In this document: piece after piece, positions 37,568-51,400 of the stretch
Layout of the letters: each line of letters begins with the position of its first letter
Position numbering within the stretch: position 1 is the first letter of the stretch
Assembly (NCBI GenBank): GCA_965113315.1
Contig: OZ220374.1
Strand: one strand, 5' to 3'
Source of the DNA: Podarcis vaucheri
Taxonomy: Eukaryota
DNA length: 64,000 nucleotides
Made by a program: the position numbers and the translations under genes
Notes under the pieces: generated by a model
Told to the model about the DNA's origin: nothing
The model's database searches: none
The model's input: the letters and a program-made list of their open reading frames with translations, nothing else

Positions 37568-38700
37568 TGCATGGACAGGCGGAGTCCCCCAAACCCTGGG
37601 CAGCCCCCGTGTGGAATAACGACTCAAGACAACGTGCTATGGGATTAAAATTGGCCACAACTTTATTATGTTTCAGATGTGGGTAGACCTTGGCTCAGGC
37701 ATTGGGCATTTATCCCTCCCAGTCTCCCGCCGGGGATCTGGGGAACATCAGGGTTATCCAGGGGGGGGGGGGCTGGCTCTGGAGAACATATGTTCAAGCA
37801 GAGAGAGCCCACCCTTGTTATGTCACCGTCGCAGGGGAGAGCAATGACAACTTCTTGGTGTATGGCCAAAGCCTCCCCTCAAAGAACCCCTTTAACGGGG
37901 AACCCTGGTATCGCCACTGCAAAGAAGAAGAAGAAGAAGAAGAAGAAGAAGAAGAAGAAGAAGAAGAAGAGTTTGGATTTGATATCCCGCCTTTCACTCC
38001 CCTTCAGGAGTCTCAAAGCGGCTAACAATCTCCTTTCCCTTCCTCCCCCACAACAAACACTCTGTGAGGTGAGTGGGGCTGAGAGACTTCACAGAAGTGT
38101 GACTGGCCCAAGGTCACCCAGCAGCTGCATGTGGAGGAGCGGAGACGCGAACCCGGTTCCCCAGATTACGTGACGACCGCTCTTAACCACTACACCACAC
38201 TGGCTCTGCAAAGAGGAGGGGGTGCATGCCCCCCCTATTCAGGGAAGATAGACTAAAGGATTCCGCCCAAGGCCGCCAAGGTTGTGACATTTTGCTACAG
38301 GAAAGGCAAGCCTGCCAATGCAGGAGAATTCCTTTCCGGCCCTTCAGCAGCGACCTTGACGTAGCAGCGCCCGTGTACTGTGGAGAAAAGGTTAACCTGC
38401 AAAATAAGTCTTAACTGAGGGTGGGTAGGGTGGGAGAAGCTCTGGAGCCAACTGACGATTCCCAGGTAAGATCCTCCCCCTATTGTGTGGGCAGGTAGTC
38501 CCTCCCCCTACCTGGCTCGATCACCTTGGCAACGCCTCCCCAGGCGGGATTGGGCAACTGACTGAGGTAGGCGGAGACCTCCAGGTATCCCACCTGGGGG
38601 AGGCGAAGCGAAGCCTGTGCTAATGGTGCCGCAGAGGGTCCAGGGGGCTGCGTGCAACCACGCAAGAGGCTCCCCCCATTTAATATGGGGAGTGGTCATT
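37568..38700 (-). mobile_element. LTR-like or DIRS/Ngaro-like terminal-repeat element interrupted by a SINE
   Basis: GC-rich block with GGCCACAACTTTATT (reverse complement of AATAAAGTTGTGGCC) near 37652. Boundaries approximate. Confidence 0.5.
37926..38205 (-). mobile_element. Squam1/POM-type tRNA-derived SINE with (CTT)n tail
   Basis: Minus-strand head AGCCAGTGTGGTGTAGTGGTTAAGAGC, (GAA)n at 37922-37970, TSD CTGCAAAGA. Confidence 0.88.
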
Positions 38701-39309
38701 CCGTAGACACTGAGCAAGCTCAGTGGTCATTGGGCTGTTTGGGGGTTCCTCTCTCCCTTAGAGTCCCCCCAAAAGCTTCTTTTGCACTTCTGCTAATCTC
38801 AGAGCTCCCCAAACCTGCTGATACCTCCTCCTTGTGCTAGGGTTATGTTTGGCTGTAGAAGCAAGGACTCCAGCCTGAACATTGGAAATAGAAGGAATGA
38901 CAAGATGGACCTACCAAAAATGTTATGGTGTGAAGGCCTTCTGCTCAAGGTTCAGCAGAACCCTTTCCCAGGATACTCTATTACATTTCCTTCTCGTTGT
39001 TCCCTACCTTAAATGAAAGACAGCATTTCATGGCCGATGAGCATGGTCAGTCTTCACTGCGCTGTTTTAAGAGCTCATCCCCCATTAAGGTTTTTTCCCT
39101 ATAATTTGATTTTTCTTTTTTTCTTTTGTGAAGCTTGGGAATCCCAAAGTATGTAGGGTACAAAGGGATTGGCATTCAGAGTACGTGTTTACTATTTATG
39201 ATTAATACTATAAAAAGCACCTTTTACTAGAGTCAAAACCATTAACTGATCTAGCCGGGTACTGTTTGCTCTGGCTGGCAGTAGATCCACCCCCCTCTCC
39301 ACCTGATCA

Positions 39310-39470
39310 TTGTTGTTGTTTAGTCGTCTTAGTCGTGTTTGACTCTCTGTGACCCCATGAACCAGAGCATGCCTTGGAAACTCTTGCTTTCTTCTCAAAG
39401 CTTCTCCTTTTTTATGTCCATGGAGTTTTCTTGGCAAAATATTGGAGTGGATTGCCAGTTCCTTCTCCAC
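39310..39470 (-). mobile_element. BovB-tail-derived short element, followed by (GAT)n(AAT)n and an L2 tail stub
   Basis: gtttagtcgt...gaccccatgaaccagagca matches the BovB 3' end at 35700-35745. Confidence 0.7.
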
Positions 39471-39474
39471 CACC

Positions 39475-39511
<37 letters not shown>

Positions 39512-42116
39512 AGTAATAGTAATAATAATAATAATTTATACCCCACCCATCTGGCTGGGTTTTGAGGTGGCAGGAGGAGCAGAGGCTTTACTGACATTGC
39601 TCCAAGGCTCTAAAACGAGTTTCTGGAGGAGGTATGACACTCTACCTCCTTACTGAAATTTTGGAAGCTATGCAAAGCCCATTTGGTTAAAGAGGTGTTT
39701 GGTGAATAAAAATTGGGCTGACACCTTTTTTATGACTTTCTTTGTCATCTGCTGGTTTTATAGTTTGAGTAAAGATGAATTAAGTTGTTGCACGGCTGCT
39801 GTTAAAAGGAAACTAAAATCACAACCAATTTGAAATGTTTTTTAATGGTTTACTTGTTAATTTTAAATATGATGTTAGTGGCTTCCAATTGTGGGATAAA
39901 TGTTTTAAATAACTGCTTTACATTTTGTGGCAGTATAAAATGAAGGGAATAAAAAGAGTAAATGTCATGTGCTAAACTCGCGGGGATTAAATGTGATTTC
40001 TCTACACTGAAGCAAAATTTTAAAATCAATCAGGATATTTAATATCTTAGGTTATACTGAAGTAGATACAACCCATTTGGGGTTCAATAGGAAGAAAAAA
40101 GAACAGTGATTCCTGTTCCTCTGCTACTACAATAAATGACTGAGACGCTGGAGTACCCTAACAATTTCCAAATCATGAAATTTAGTGGTACAGGTTAGGG
40201 ATCTATTGTTTTCCTGGAAACTGGTAAGGTTTTGATCGTTTCTTTTAGAACTTGGTACCAACCCAATAAAAAAGCTGCAGTCTTAAAAGAAATCCAATAA
40301 AAAAACAAGTGTGGGGGGGAGCAACCAACTCGTAACCAAATACAAAGAATGAAAGATACTGTTAAGGCGTTTCAGAGAAGTAATTGCAAGCCTGAATGGG
40401 AAACACTAAATTTCCTCTCATCACTTCAGTGTGTGAACAGTGAGTAATAAAGATGGCAAGATGTTGGATAAATTAATAGCATTTTAAAGAAGTATTTTGG
40501 GCCCAAAACTGGCAGGTGACAGAAATGTTAATAGAAAAGGATGTCCAGAAAGCATATGCCGTCTGCCTGTGCCACCACCCTTCCCAAAGATCTCTTAATT
40601 ATTGTGAAGCTACATGAAACGAAGAAGGCAATTGTAATTATTTGAATAATGAAGAGTTCTTATTCTTCTCATAAAGGAAGCTAGACTATCTTAATAAAGT
40701 CACAAGAGTAGAGGAATACTTTGTAAAACTAATGCATGCCTCTAATTAGTCATCTGGAACAACCTTCAGATCAGACTAAACCTCTGACTGAGGCAGATAT
40801 CCCGTAATATCTGCTCTTCAAGGTCTGTTTTTACTGTGCTTAATTGTCCCTTCTCCCACGGAATGGAATTGAAATATTTCCAGAAGTCTGAAAGCAACAG
40901 AAGTGGTTACTTGATAATTGCACTGTTCTTTCTGAACTTTACAGCCAATTTGTTATGATGCTCAATATTTTTATTTGCTTTAAAGTTTGCTTTTGTTGCA
41001 TCTGTTTTGCTAACAGTTTCCAACTCCTCTTTGCTTTCAAGAGGAACACCAACCAAAATTAAAGGAAGACATTATGCCAAACCGCTTTTGTTGTTATATA
41101 GAGCGCAATAACTCAAATGGGTCCAAATTGTCGGAGACAAATGAAAGCCGATCCCTGCCCAAGGCCCGTAAACCTATGATGAATTCAACACACTCATCCA
41201 TTGCCCTATTTCAAATCAGGACAAAGAACTTTCAAAGAATACAATTTTGTTTCCTTTTAATAAGATTTTTTTTTTACAGTCAGCCAGTTAATTAAGTCCA
41301 TGGCTATGGCTGTTTTGACTTTTATTTTCATCTGTTGGTTTGTAGGATCTGCATATCCTTGAACAAATGTCAAAGGAAGAAGAATTGGTTTAGTCAAACC
41401 ACTTGCATGTAGATTCTCTAAAATGCCCCATGGAAACCTTTTATTAAGTAAGATTAAACTTGCTTATTATCCTAAAATAACTTCAGCACAAGTGACATTA
41501 CAGTAATCATTCAGACATTTTTGGAATTCAGAAGGCAAAGATTGTTATTTGTACAAATGGGGAAAAAACCAAAAGTCATATTATTTGTATCAATGAACAC
41601 ACCGAAAAATTAATCCTGGGGCCTCTTCACACTCCTGCCTAATGCTCAACAGATCATGGGGTTGTTCAGAGTTTGATGCATCAACAAGACTGTTGCTTAT
41701 CAAGATGAATGTTTCAAGTATATAAAGGGAAAGCCCCCTGCATAGTGTTCCCTCTTCCCATAATCATAAATAGGAAGCCCGTTCCAATGTGAGCATTGTG
41801 CCCGATATTATTGCTGTTGTTATTTTTATCTAATTTATCACCCACCACGCACCCTAAGGTCCCAGGGTAGGTTACAACATTAAAACACAACATTACAGCA
41901 CACTATTAAAAACAGTTTAAAAAAACTTAAAATTACAGAAATAAGGTGGGTCCTAAAATATACACCCCAAGTGTCAAAAGCTGGGGCAAAAAGGTGCATC
42001 TTCAACATTCATTGGAAACTGTATAATGACTTCCTCGAGTCTTTTTTATTTAAGTGTTTATTTAAGTATTAATTAGAAGGATTAAGTTTTTTAATGCACG
42101 TAAATCTGCTTTTTCT

Positions 42117-42156
<40 letters not shown>

Positions 42157-42393
42157 TTCCTTTTCTTTTTTCTTGTTTTTTTCTTTAATTTTCTTTTTGT
42201 AGTATGAGATTGTAAATGCTTTGTAAATTCTTTGTATATGTGTGTAATTCAAATTAATAAAGATTATTTATTTATTTATTTATTTAAAAGGAAACTGTAT
42301 GATGATGATGCGGAGGAAGGGGCTGCTTAGGGGCTGCTACAGAGAATGCCTTCTCCTGGGATGTCACCCCCCACCCCACCCCAAGCCTCTGAG

Positions 42394-42590
42394 GTGTAGT
42401 GCTCCTCCACATGCAGCTGCTGGGTGACTTTGGGTTTCTCTGAAGTCTCTCAGCCTCACTCAGAGTGTTTGTTGTGGGGGAGGAAGGGAAAGGAGATTGT
42501 TAGCCAATTTGCGACTTCTTAAGGGGGGTGAAAGGCGGGATATCAAGTCCAAACTACTCCTCCTCCTCCTCTTCTTCTTCTTCTTCTTCT
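42394..42590 (+). mobile_element. Squam1/POM-type SINE, internally deleted
   Basis: Reverse-complement homology to 37926-38205, with a (CCT/CTT)n tail. Confidence 0.8.
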
Positions 42591-42595
42591 TAACA

Positions 42596-43200
42596 CAGGG
42601 GTTATAGGAAATTTAAATGGAACCCTTACCAGTAAGCTGACTGCTGCATTTTTGACCATTTGATTTTTCCAAGTTGTCTTCAAGGGTAGCCCCATGTAGA
42701 GCAGCCTGCAATAATCCAGTCTGGAAGTTACTAGAGTATGGAATACAGTGGCCAAGTCATCTCTATCCAACAGGGGTTGTAGCTGGTGAACCAGCCAGAA
42801 CTGAAGAAGGCACTTCCAGCCACAGAGACCACATGAGCCTCTAGTGATAGGGTTGAAAACTGGAGTACCCCTAAACCGCTAAGATGCTCCTTCCAGGGCA
42901 GGCTGCCACTCCACCTCCTGGATATGAGAACTTGGGGCACATAACACCTCTGTCTTTTCAGGATTCAGCTTCAGTTTATCAGTTCACATCTAGCCCATCA
43001 CCGCCTCCAAGCCCTGGTCTTGCACCACAACTGCATCTCAAGCTGCTATAATCTAAACTGATCCAGTGCAGATGCGGCAGACAGTGCTCTCAACAACTCT
43101 ATGGGACTTCCTCTAAGTGTGGCATCCAAGTCTGTCTGAGTGATTTTGTCTCTAAAGCGTCTTGCAAAGTTGTTACAGCAGCCCTCCGAGGGTGTCAGGG
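42596..43200 (-). mobile_element. L2 LINE RT fragment
   Basis: DLATVFHTLVTSRLDYC..LYMGLPLKT...KNAA motif. A probable 3' part lies at 41820-42030. Confidence 0.82.
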
Positions 43201-43744
43201 CAGTACTCTCTTGGCCAGATGACAAAAGCTCTGCTGGACAGCTACTTGTGGATGCAATGGTGGCAGAGAAGTTGCCTTTCTTTGTTCACGCCACCAAGTG
43301 CCAGGAACAATGGTGCAGCCTCAGCCGTGTTCAGTCAGGTGCAGACCGAGTTCTCTGCCACCTCTGTGCCACCATCCCTCCTGTTTCATGGCAAGCAGGC
43401 TGCTGGGATACCAAGGTGATCTCCATGCTCCATAGTGACTGTGAAGGCAGAAGGGAGGGATAATGTCAGTGGCTCTACACATCTCACCATTCCACAGTGA
43501 GAGAAGAATTTCGACAGGGGCAGCACTCATGTCGGCCGGAAATTCCCCTGTAGCATTCAAGAATCCATCAGATTCCATCAATCTCCAAAAGCAGACCAAC
43601 TCAATGGGTCTCCCACCTCTGCAAAGGAGAATAGCAGCATGCAGCCCAAAATATTCTTTAGTACAGCTTTCTGGACCCAGCATACAGTAAACTTAAAAGC
43701 CTTTTAAGGATAAGAATCTTTTCATGCTAAGAGAAACCCAGTTA

Positions 43745-43973
43745 CAGTGGTACCTTGGGTTAAGAACTTAATTTGTTCCGGAGGTCCATTCTTAACCTGA
43801 AACTGTTCTTAACCTTAGGTACCACTTTAGCTAATGGGACCTCCTGCTGCTGCCGCCGCGCCACCAGCGCATGATTTCTGTTCTCATCCTGAAGCAAAGT
43901 TCTTAACCCGAGGTAATATTTCTGGGTTAGCGGAGTCTGTAACCTGAAGCATCTGTAACCTGAGGTACCACTG
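43745..43973. mobile_element. Tigger-like MITE
   Basis: CAGTGGTACCT...AGGTACCACTG TIR with TA TSD. Paralog at 59974-60215. Confidence 0.9.
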
Positions 43974-46199
43974 TATCAGAATTTGCACAGGTTTGAAAAA
44001 AATAATAATCTCACAGCGTAATCACATGCATGTATACTCAGAAGCAGGGCTTTTTCAGCCGGAACTCCCTGGAACTCAATTCTGGCACCTCTGCAGGGAT
44101 GTATTTATGCACAGGAGCGTAGGAAGGGGGTGCAGTCCACCCCGAGTGTCATCCCTGAGGGGGTGACAAAATGGCACACTGCGGGGGGCAGCACTTACTA
44201 CAGGACCTCACTTGCAGCGTCCCTAAGATACATGTCTCTCCTGGGAGTGACATGGTTGCTTGAGGCCCCATGCTGCCCGAAATGGCAGCGTGGGGCTTGC
44301 ATCCACTAGGCGGACTCCGTGGGCAGCTCGCCACGCTGCCCCAGTGCGTGGATCGCCCTGCCCCTGCTGCTCTGGGTGCTAGGTATGCCCCTGTTTATGC
44401 AGAGGAAAATTCAAAGCCAAAATCCAGCATCTGTATCCCTCTCCTACATGTGCAAACTAGGCTGTGAAGAGAGGGTTGGGGCACCGAAGGAGGGCTGCAC
44501 AACTTTCTCTTTCACCATGTGGCCATGTGCATGCAACAGTCCTGGGGGAGTGAAGAGTTAAAATGTGTAGGCAGAGCCGCCTGTCTTTCAGAGGCAGCCT
44601 GGGAAGAAGAACCTCTGATTGTTGTTTGTCATGTTGGTCAGTTGGCTGACTGTTGTGGGAAGCTCTGGGTCTCAATTGTTTCATATTAAAATAAAGTTTA
44701 GTGCCTTTCGTAAGTAGTAGTGTCTGGTCTTATTGGAAGCCTGAGCAACACACATAGGCTGCGCATTATGATTCAAAGCCCATTGAGTTTGGCAGTGACC
44801 CACATATATTGTATGCCAATTTATCTTTGCATACATAGACCATGATAGCAATAAGGGCCCTTGTCTGCCATCATTCATGTGCGATTTTCTTTCTGGACTA
44901 GCATATTCTTAGGAGCATTTTTAACCACGTCTCGATGCGTGCATCTGTAACAGTTTTAGGTCCAATTAAGTTAGCTCTCTGATGATCATTCAAAAGTTAA
45001 TTGCTGAAAAAATGGGAATCTCATTGGGCCAGACTCAGAAAGTAGATAATAATGTAGGGGGAAATGTTTTCAGTTTTCAGTTTTCAAAAGAATAATTAAT
45101 TACGGTAACTAGTCATTGAAAACAGTCACTCATTACAGCACTGTAGGACTCTCAACATTTTCTAAGTGAAAATAGCACAACTTAGACAGCTAAAAGTTCA
45201 AACCCTCTTTGAATACATTAAATACAAACACTGAAAATGTTCCACACTTTCAGGACTTTAGTCTTCCGGCTGTTTGTGATGTTTATTGGAAATCTTCCCT
45301 GCCTAAAAACCTCATGTCTGTACTTGGTGACTGCATAAAAGGGCCTCAGAACGGCTGTGCAGTTGCAGTTTCCATGTATCTCAACTGAACACTTAAGACC
45401 AGAAGCCAGAATTGGTCTTCCCTAGTCCAAGAAACCTTTTAACAGCAAACTTCTCCATTTTCATGTCCCTTATACATCTCTGTGCCTGGCTCACATCTGC
45501 ACCTAAAGCCCACCTATGTGATACTTCTTTGGGTCAACGGATCTGATGGTTGAGTCACATGTAGGTCAGCTTAAGACTTCACATAAATTCTTCTGTCCTT
45601 TAAAGGAGTTGCCATCCTAATGGCACCACACAATTCAAAGGGTGGAGCACACAAAACCAGAGTTCCTCAAACTTTTTACTCCTAGGGGCCACTTGAGACA
45701 GCCGAAACCACTGAGGCCCACCAGTCACAAAACAGGAGGAGATGCATGGTCAGCTGGCTAATACTGGCATTACTTTTTGCATGAATAATCCATTTTTGGA
45801 CACTGCTGCTTTGCCACAGTGTGGCAAGGAGCCCCACAGCTCAGTTTTCCTCAGGCTAAGCAAAGACATTTATTCTTGCGATAATGTGACTCAGTATCCC
45901 CTTTTAGAGACTGGATCAAAATCAACCTAAATGGAGAAAGTTTTTTTCTTTCATATTTCCCCCTTCCCACTTCCACATGCCTCTTGAAGTATTTTTTTGC
46001 CTCTCTCAGGTGAATTCTTTCCTTTCCAAGTCCACTTGCCTTAAACGGTCAGGCTGGTCAGCGATCCAGCAGCCGGCTAGAGAGGACTGCAGCCCTGCCT
46101 GGAGATTGGCCGAGGGCTGAAGATTCCCAGAGGGCACACCCAGCCGGCCAAAGGGCCTCACTTGGGTCTGCCCCCTGGGGAATAAATTGAGCCCAGCCT

Positions 46200-46750
46200 C
46201 AGTTTTTCTTTGCTCATTCATTAAGATTGCTCATGCCTTCCCAGACATCAGTTTACCAAGGTGCTGCGCAAGGCAGCTGAGGCATATGGCCTGCAGGCAG
46301 CATCTTTAGAATAGGTGCAGCTACCATCACAGCTCCTTGGGACCTGCCCAGGGACAGGATAAAAGCCATTGGACGTTGGAGATCTAATGCTTACAGAAAG
46401 TATGTTTGCCACAGCCCACAGGAACTTACCCCGTCTTGTTATTCCTTGGTTTCAGGTATGCTGGTGAGAAAGATCTGGATCTGAAGGCACAGTATTGTCC
46501 AGTGAGCCCAGACACATGCTCTAGCCAGCAGAAGAGGCAGCAGTACTGACTTCCTGGTAGATGTCCAGGTTATAGCAGAAGGGCATGAAATGGCAAGAAC
46601 TCTTCACCACCATAACAACTAGTATCATAATCATTATCATCATTGGCCCTCCTCACACTATTGTCATCCAATTGGGTGAGAACAACCTAGGCTTAGATAA
46701 AGGCATTGACCTGACCTGGGCCATCATAGAGGACTTTGACAGGCTCCTTG
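46200..46750 (+). pseudogene. Decayed Ngaro/DIRS retroelement: tyrosine recombinase C-terminus plus SGNH hydrolase
   Basis: 46302-46412 reads IFRIGAAT...IKAIGRWRSNAYRKYV. Downstream: KIWI*RHSIV, GMKW and PHTIVIQLGENNLG. Confidence 0.8.
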
Positions 46751-46784
46751 CTTTATATATTGTTGTTGTTTTGTTTGTTTGTTT

Positions 46785-46900
46785 ATACCCTGCCCATCTG
46801 GCTGGGTTTCCCCAGCCACTCTGGGCGGCTTCCAACAAAATATTAAAAAAACAAAACATCAGACATTAAAAACTTTCCTAATCAGGGCTGCCTTCAGATG
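46785..46900 (-). mobile_element. L2 3'-end stub
   Basis: Near-identical to 28766-28870. Confidence 0.8.
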
Positions 46901-47433
46901 CTTTATACTAGGACTTGGCCATGATTTGGTCAGAACTGCGTGAAAGGGGCTGCACGTGTGACAGTCCAGACCCAGCAGGCAGTAACTGGGCCAGAAAGAA
47001 AGGCAACTGTGTTGTGGGGCACAAGGTGAGTGTGCATGGGGGAAGTGAAGCCGGAGTCTGATTTGGGAGAGGGGGGCAGTGATTTGTGGGGAACTGTACC
47101 AGCCAGGAGGCAAGAGTCGGAGGCAAAGGAAGCTTCAGAGCTGGAGGATGGAGCACAGGATGGGTGGGAAGAAGAGAAGGAAGAGGCAGGTCAGGCAAGT
47201 GAAGGTCCAGGCACTTCCCCACCCTCGCCTGCACCACTGTCTCCCAGAACCAGAAAGGGATTGCAAAGGGATGGGCAGAGGAAGCTGCCATGCAGGCACA
47301 GTCTCCGGCTACATGTGCACAGCCCATCAGGGGAAGGTACATAAACTGTTGGAGGGAGAGTGGCCTCCGGTTGTTGCAACTGTTCCATACAGTGCAGACC
47401 TAGGAATAGCTGCGTAGATGCTAGGAGCATAGA

Positions 47434-48420
47434 TGTCATGAACTGGCAGGACAATGGGGAGGAGGAAGAGGCAGTGGCATAGCGTGGGGGTGCCAGGGGT
47501 GCCATCCGCACTGGGCGCAACATTTGGGGGGGCGCGTTTGGCCGGCCCTCCTCGAGGAAGCACGAACCCCACTGTCCTCGGACCTCCTCCGAAGCCTGGC
47601 GGTGGGGCGGAGAGACCTTCTCCCCGCGCCAGCCTTCGGAAGGATGCTCCGAAGCCTGGCGGTGGGGCGGAGAGACCTTCTCCCCGCGCCAGCCTTCGGA
47701 AGGATGCTCCGAAGCCTGGCGGTGGGGCGGAGAGACCTTCTCCCCGCACCAGCCTTCGGATGGCTGTCCTGAAGACTTGTGGTGGGAGCAGTGACGTAGC
47801 GTGGGGGGCGCAGGGGGGCCTGCTGCACCTGGCGCAACATCTGGGAGGGCGCGGAAGAGCCTCGAGTGCTAAAATCCACGGGTTAGGGGGCGCAAATTAC
47901 TTGCCTTGCCCCGGGTGCTGAGAACCCACGCTACGCCACTGGGAAGAGGAAGAGGAAGAGGAAGAATAGGATCTCGACAAGAGCTGAGGCAGGCTTGGTA
48001 TGGGGAAGGAGAGGCTGGTATAGGAAGTACTCATGAGGTGGTGGAAGATGATGAGGGGGTGGAGGCCAGTGCATGGGAACCAGAGCAGCGGGACCCATCC
48101 CCAGAGCCAGAGGTACCCCTGTCTCCATGAACATGGTGGACTCTGAGGCATAGGGAGCAGTGGCCAGGGCGCTCCAGGAGCCGGAGGCAGGCAAGGACCC
48201 ACAGCCCAGCTCCCTAGCTGACTTGGATGCTCCTGGACCACCACAGGACTGTGCTTTGAGGTTGACTCTGGGCTGTTTTCTGACCGCTGGACTTCAGGCG
48301 TGGCTACTTTGCTTGACCCTGAACCTCGTTTCCTGACCTTTGGACTTTGCTTGTGTGGACTGACCCTCAGACTTAGAACTTGGACTTGGCACACTGACTT
48401 GCTGCCCGGGGTGCTGGACA
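47434..48420 (+). mobile_element. Solo Gypsy-type LTR interrupted by a hAT MITE
   Basis: TGTCATGAACTGG...CTGGACA, related to 13252-13936. TSD is poor (ATAGA / GTAGG). Confidence 0.7.
47472..47941. mobile_element. hAT MITE containing three 60-bp tandem repeats
   Basis: TIR CAGTGGCATAGCGTGGG / CCCACGCTACGCCACTG, perfect 8-bp TSD GGAAGAGG, repeat at 47587-47760. Confidence 0.9.
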
Positions 48421-51400
48421 GTAGGTATCCAGAGCTGTAGAAGTGACCGTTATTTTTGACAGTACAGTAGTTAATGATCTGTTGTGTGCATTCCTTTGGC
48501 CAGAAAGTGCCCTTGACACTAACGATGTCTCTGGTAGAAGAGACAGGGGGGTGTATTTTCCTTGAGGGGAACCTTGATAGCTATGGATGCATAATGGGCC
48601 AAGAGACTCGCTTTATTGAAGAGACATCAAACTTTCAAAACTTGGATAGGAAAGCAATTTAGGTTTCAGCTTGCAATTGTACACTGTAATCACATGTTAA
48701 TAATTTTGAGGTTTAAACAGTCCCAGTGTATTTTGAGCATACAGACCATGGTGGGGAACCCCGCCCTACACACACCACTTGGGATGCCACCACCATGTCA
48801 GTCACTTGATGTCAGCTGACTTAACTTCAAAGGGAGGAATTGGGAGTGCTCTCCTAATTAATTTCTTCCTTTGCAGGTGATTTGGATTTAGGCTATATCT
48901 GCAAAGCAATATTTTTCCTTTGCAGATGTGGCTTGCTTGAATTAAGCTGTGTCTGAAAAGGAAGCAGGGTTTGTGGCAGAGATCAGTTCCACTTAAGAAC
49001 TCCAACCCAAGTGGAGCTATTCCCAGTGGGCTTGTGGGAAGGGTCCTAGCAGGCTTGCATTTGGCGCCAAATTGAAAAGGTGCCCTGTTTGCATAGGAAC
49101 AATCAGAAGTGCCTTCTAGCACTCAACTGTTCCTCTGCAGCTGAGGCTTTGCCTGCCCCACACCTGATGGGTGGCATAGCTAAGGGCGGAAATGACCAAC
49201 TTTGGCTTGCAGACAGGTAGGAACTGGGTGTAAAAAGAGTTTCCTAGTTTGCTTCCTCTGTACTTAAGTCACTGCAAGTCTCATGCATAAATCCATTAGA
49301 CACTGGCATATTTATACATTACAGTAAGGTTCCTGTGCATTTTGTGAGCTTTCAGAGCAGAGACCACCACTGTGCAGCTGAATTGATCCTAGGACTGTTT
49401 ACTATTGAATTGTAAAAGTAAGGTAAGGAAACATGCCAGTAAGTGATTTAGAATAAAACTCTCTACAGTTTCATGGGAGTAAATTCCTTTGAATACAGTA
49501 GGAAATCCTTTTCAGAAGCAGCCCTTCCCTCAACGGCTAAGCTACAAAAAAGGAGGAATGGTCAGATCAGAGGCTGCAGGGCCAGCCCTACCATTAGACA
49601 GAGTGAAGTTGTTGCCTCAGCAGCAGATGTGTGAAGGCAGTCACAGGCCTCCCAACCATTCCTCTCGAGCTCACCACCCTTCTTCCAGCCTCTTGTCAAC
49701 ATCTCTTGGCCGCAAGGCTTGTTCATTGTTCGCCTCAGAGACTGCCATGTGCCCTCTAGGTTTGGCTGCTCCTTTCAGGTACAGGGGAGGACAGTGTTGA
49801 ATTAAGATTCACCTGTTGGTCTGGTCAGATTTTATGCAGTATGTGGAATGGGGGAGGCCTGGGTGAGTGTTAGACACACACACACACCGCAAAATCAATT
49901 AAAAATTAAAATCTCTGAGGACCCCAGGCCATCAGCTGGCTATCCCTATTATATAAGTCCCTGGTTGTCATGCTGCCCCACCAGTGAGTTAGGCTAAAGC
50001 AGCTGACTTAGGCAGCAAAATTCCATGGAGCAGCTGCTCCACCCGTCCCGGCCACCACTGGGGTCATGTGGTGATAGCATCTGGCAACATCTCACTAGAT
50101 CTCGTAGGAAGCTGGTGACGCAGCCACCACAGCCACATAACCCTGGTATACAAGGCTTTGGGGGGGGGGGAGGAATACCTTGCCGTTTAGCCTAAGGCGG
50201 CAAATCAGGATGAGCGACCCCTGCTATTTGGCCTGTAGGAGAAAAGTGTGGAGGAGGTATAGGTATCATTTTTAAGCAGAGCTGGATAACTAGTATTTGA
50301 AGCCCAAAGACAAGAATGTGATCACCTACATCTTGGTGCAAAGCAAGAAACCCACAAAGCATCAGCTAAACCCAGTTCTTCCTTTAGCAGCTATCCGTAA
50401 TGCAAGGTTAATGCATTTCCAGCTGTCTGTTCCTCCCATAGATGTCTGATCATCTCCTTTCCCCACATATTAGTCATAAAGTAGGAGGTGTGTCTCCCCC
50501 ACTGTGGGAGGAATGCGATTGGAAGAGTGGCTCTCCAGTTGCTACAGCCACTTTGGTTGTTCCCCAACCAAATTTTGCTGTTTCAGATTATGATGTTTAC
50601 ATGTCAGACTCTATAACCACTGTTCTTTTGTTCTCTAAGTCAGATGCAGTGGCTTTGCAGTGGTTTAAAGAATGGGGATGAGAGCTGAAATTTGACTAAA
50701 CATGGTAAATTTCCTTATAACTCCAGCTGGCCATTTTATCCTATACTGTGATTTCCCTTACTCTGAAGTGCTGGAGTCAAGGGAGTTTCCTTACTTAGAA
50801 CAAGGAAATGGCATGGATACAATGGGCTTGATTTTGGCTCGGTGGTGAGCATTAATTTTACATTTTGCAAGGACTGTCTTCAAAACCCAGCATAACAATA
50901 ATTTATCTCCCTGAATCCCTTCGCAGCAGGCTGCTCAAACTGCACGTGTTCTTACTAACTAGTATTGCTAGGAGTAGGAATAAGCGGGGTTTCAAAACAA
51001 CATGTTTTATTTTAATTTTAAAAATACAATTGAGAAAAGATTCTAGTTCATTTTATTCACACTATTGGACTGGAAATCCTAGTAGTTGATTTGCTTCTCT
51101 GAATATTTGATTACAGGCGTACCAGTTCACAAATGTCACATGACAATGAAGGTTTATTGCTTAACCATTGAATTATGACATTATTTAATAAAGTGTAGGT
51201 TGTTGCTGGCAGAAATATGTTGAGCATTCAGAAGTAGGTGAATTTTTGCATTGGACAACCCCAGTGTTTACTGCTAAGACAGTCCCATGAGCCAAAGTTA
51301 TTTTAGAACACTGTGTGCTAAGAATAGAAAAGTCTATTTCTTATCCCTGTCAGTTTCACATGTGTTCATTATTAAGTCACTTCTCTCCAGTTTCTGTATT

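Noticed and set aside
37679-38173. Poly-K/E ORFs (and poly-L/N/I/M/D/T ORFs elsewhere)
   Set aside because: Translations of microsatellite retroposon tails.
47587-47760. CRISPR-like array
   Set aside because: Head-to-tail tandem units without unique spacers, inside a MITE in vertebrate DNA, with no cas genes.
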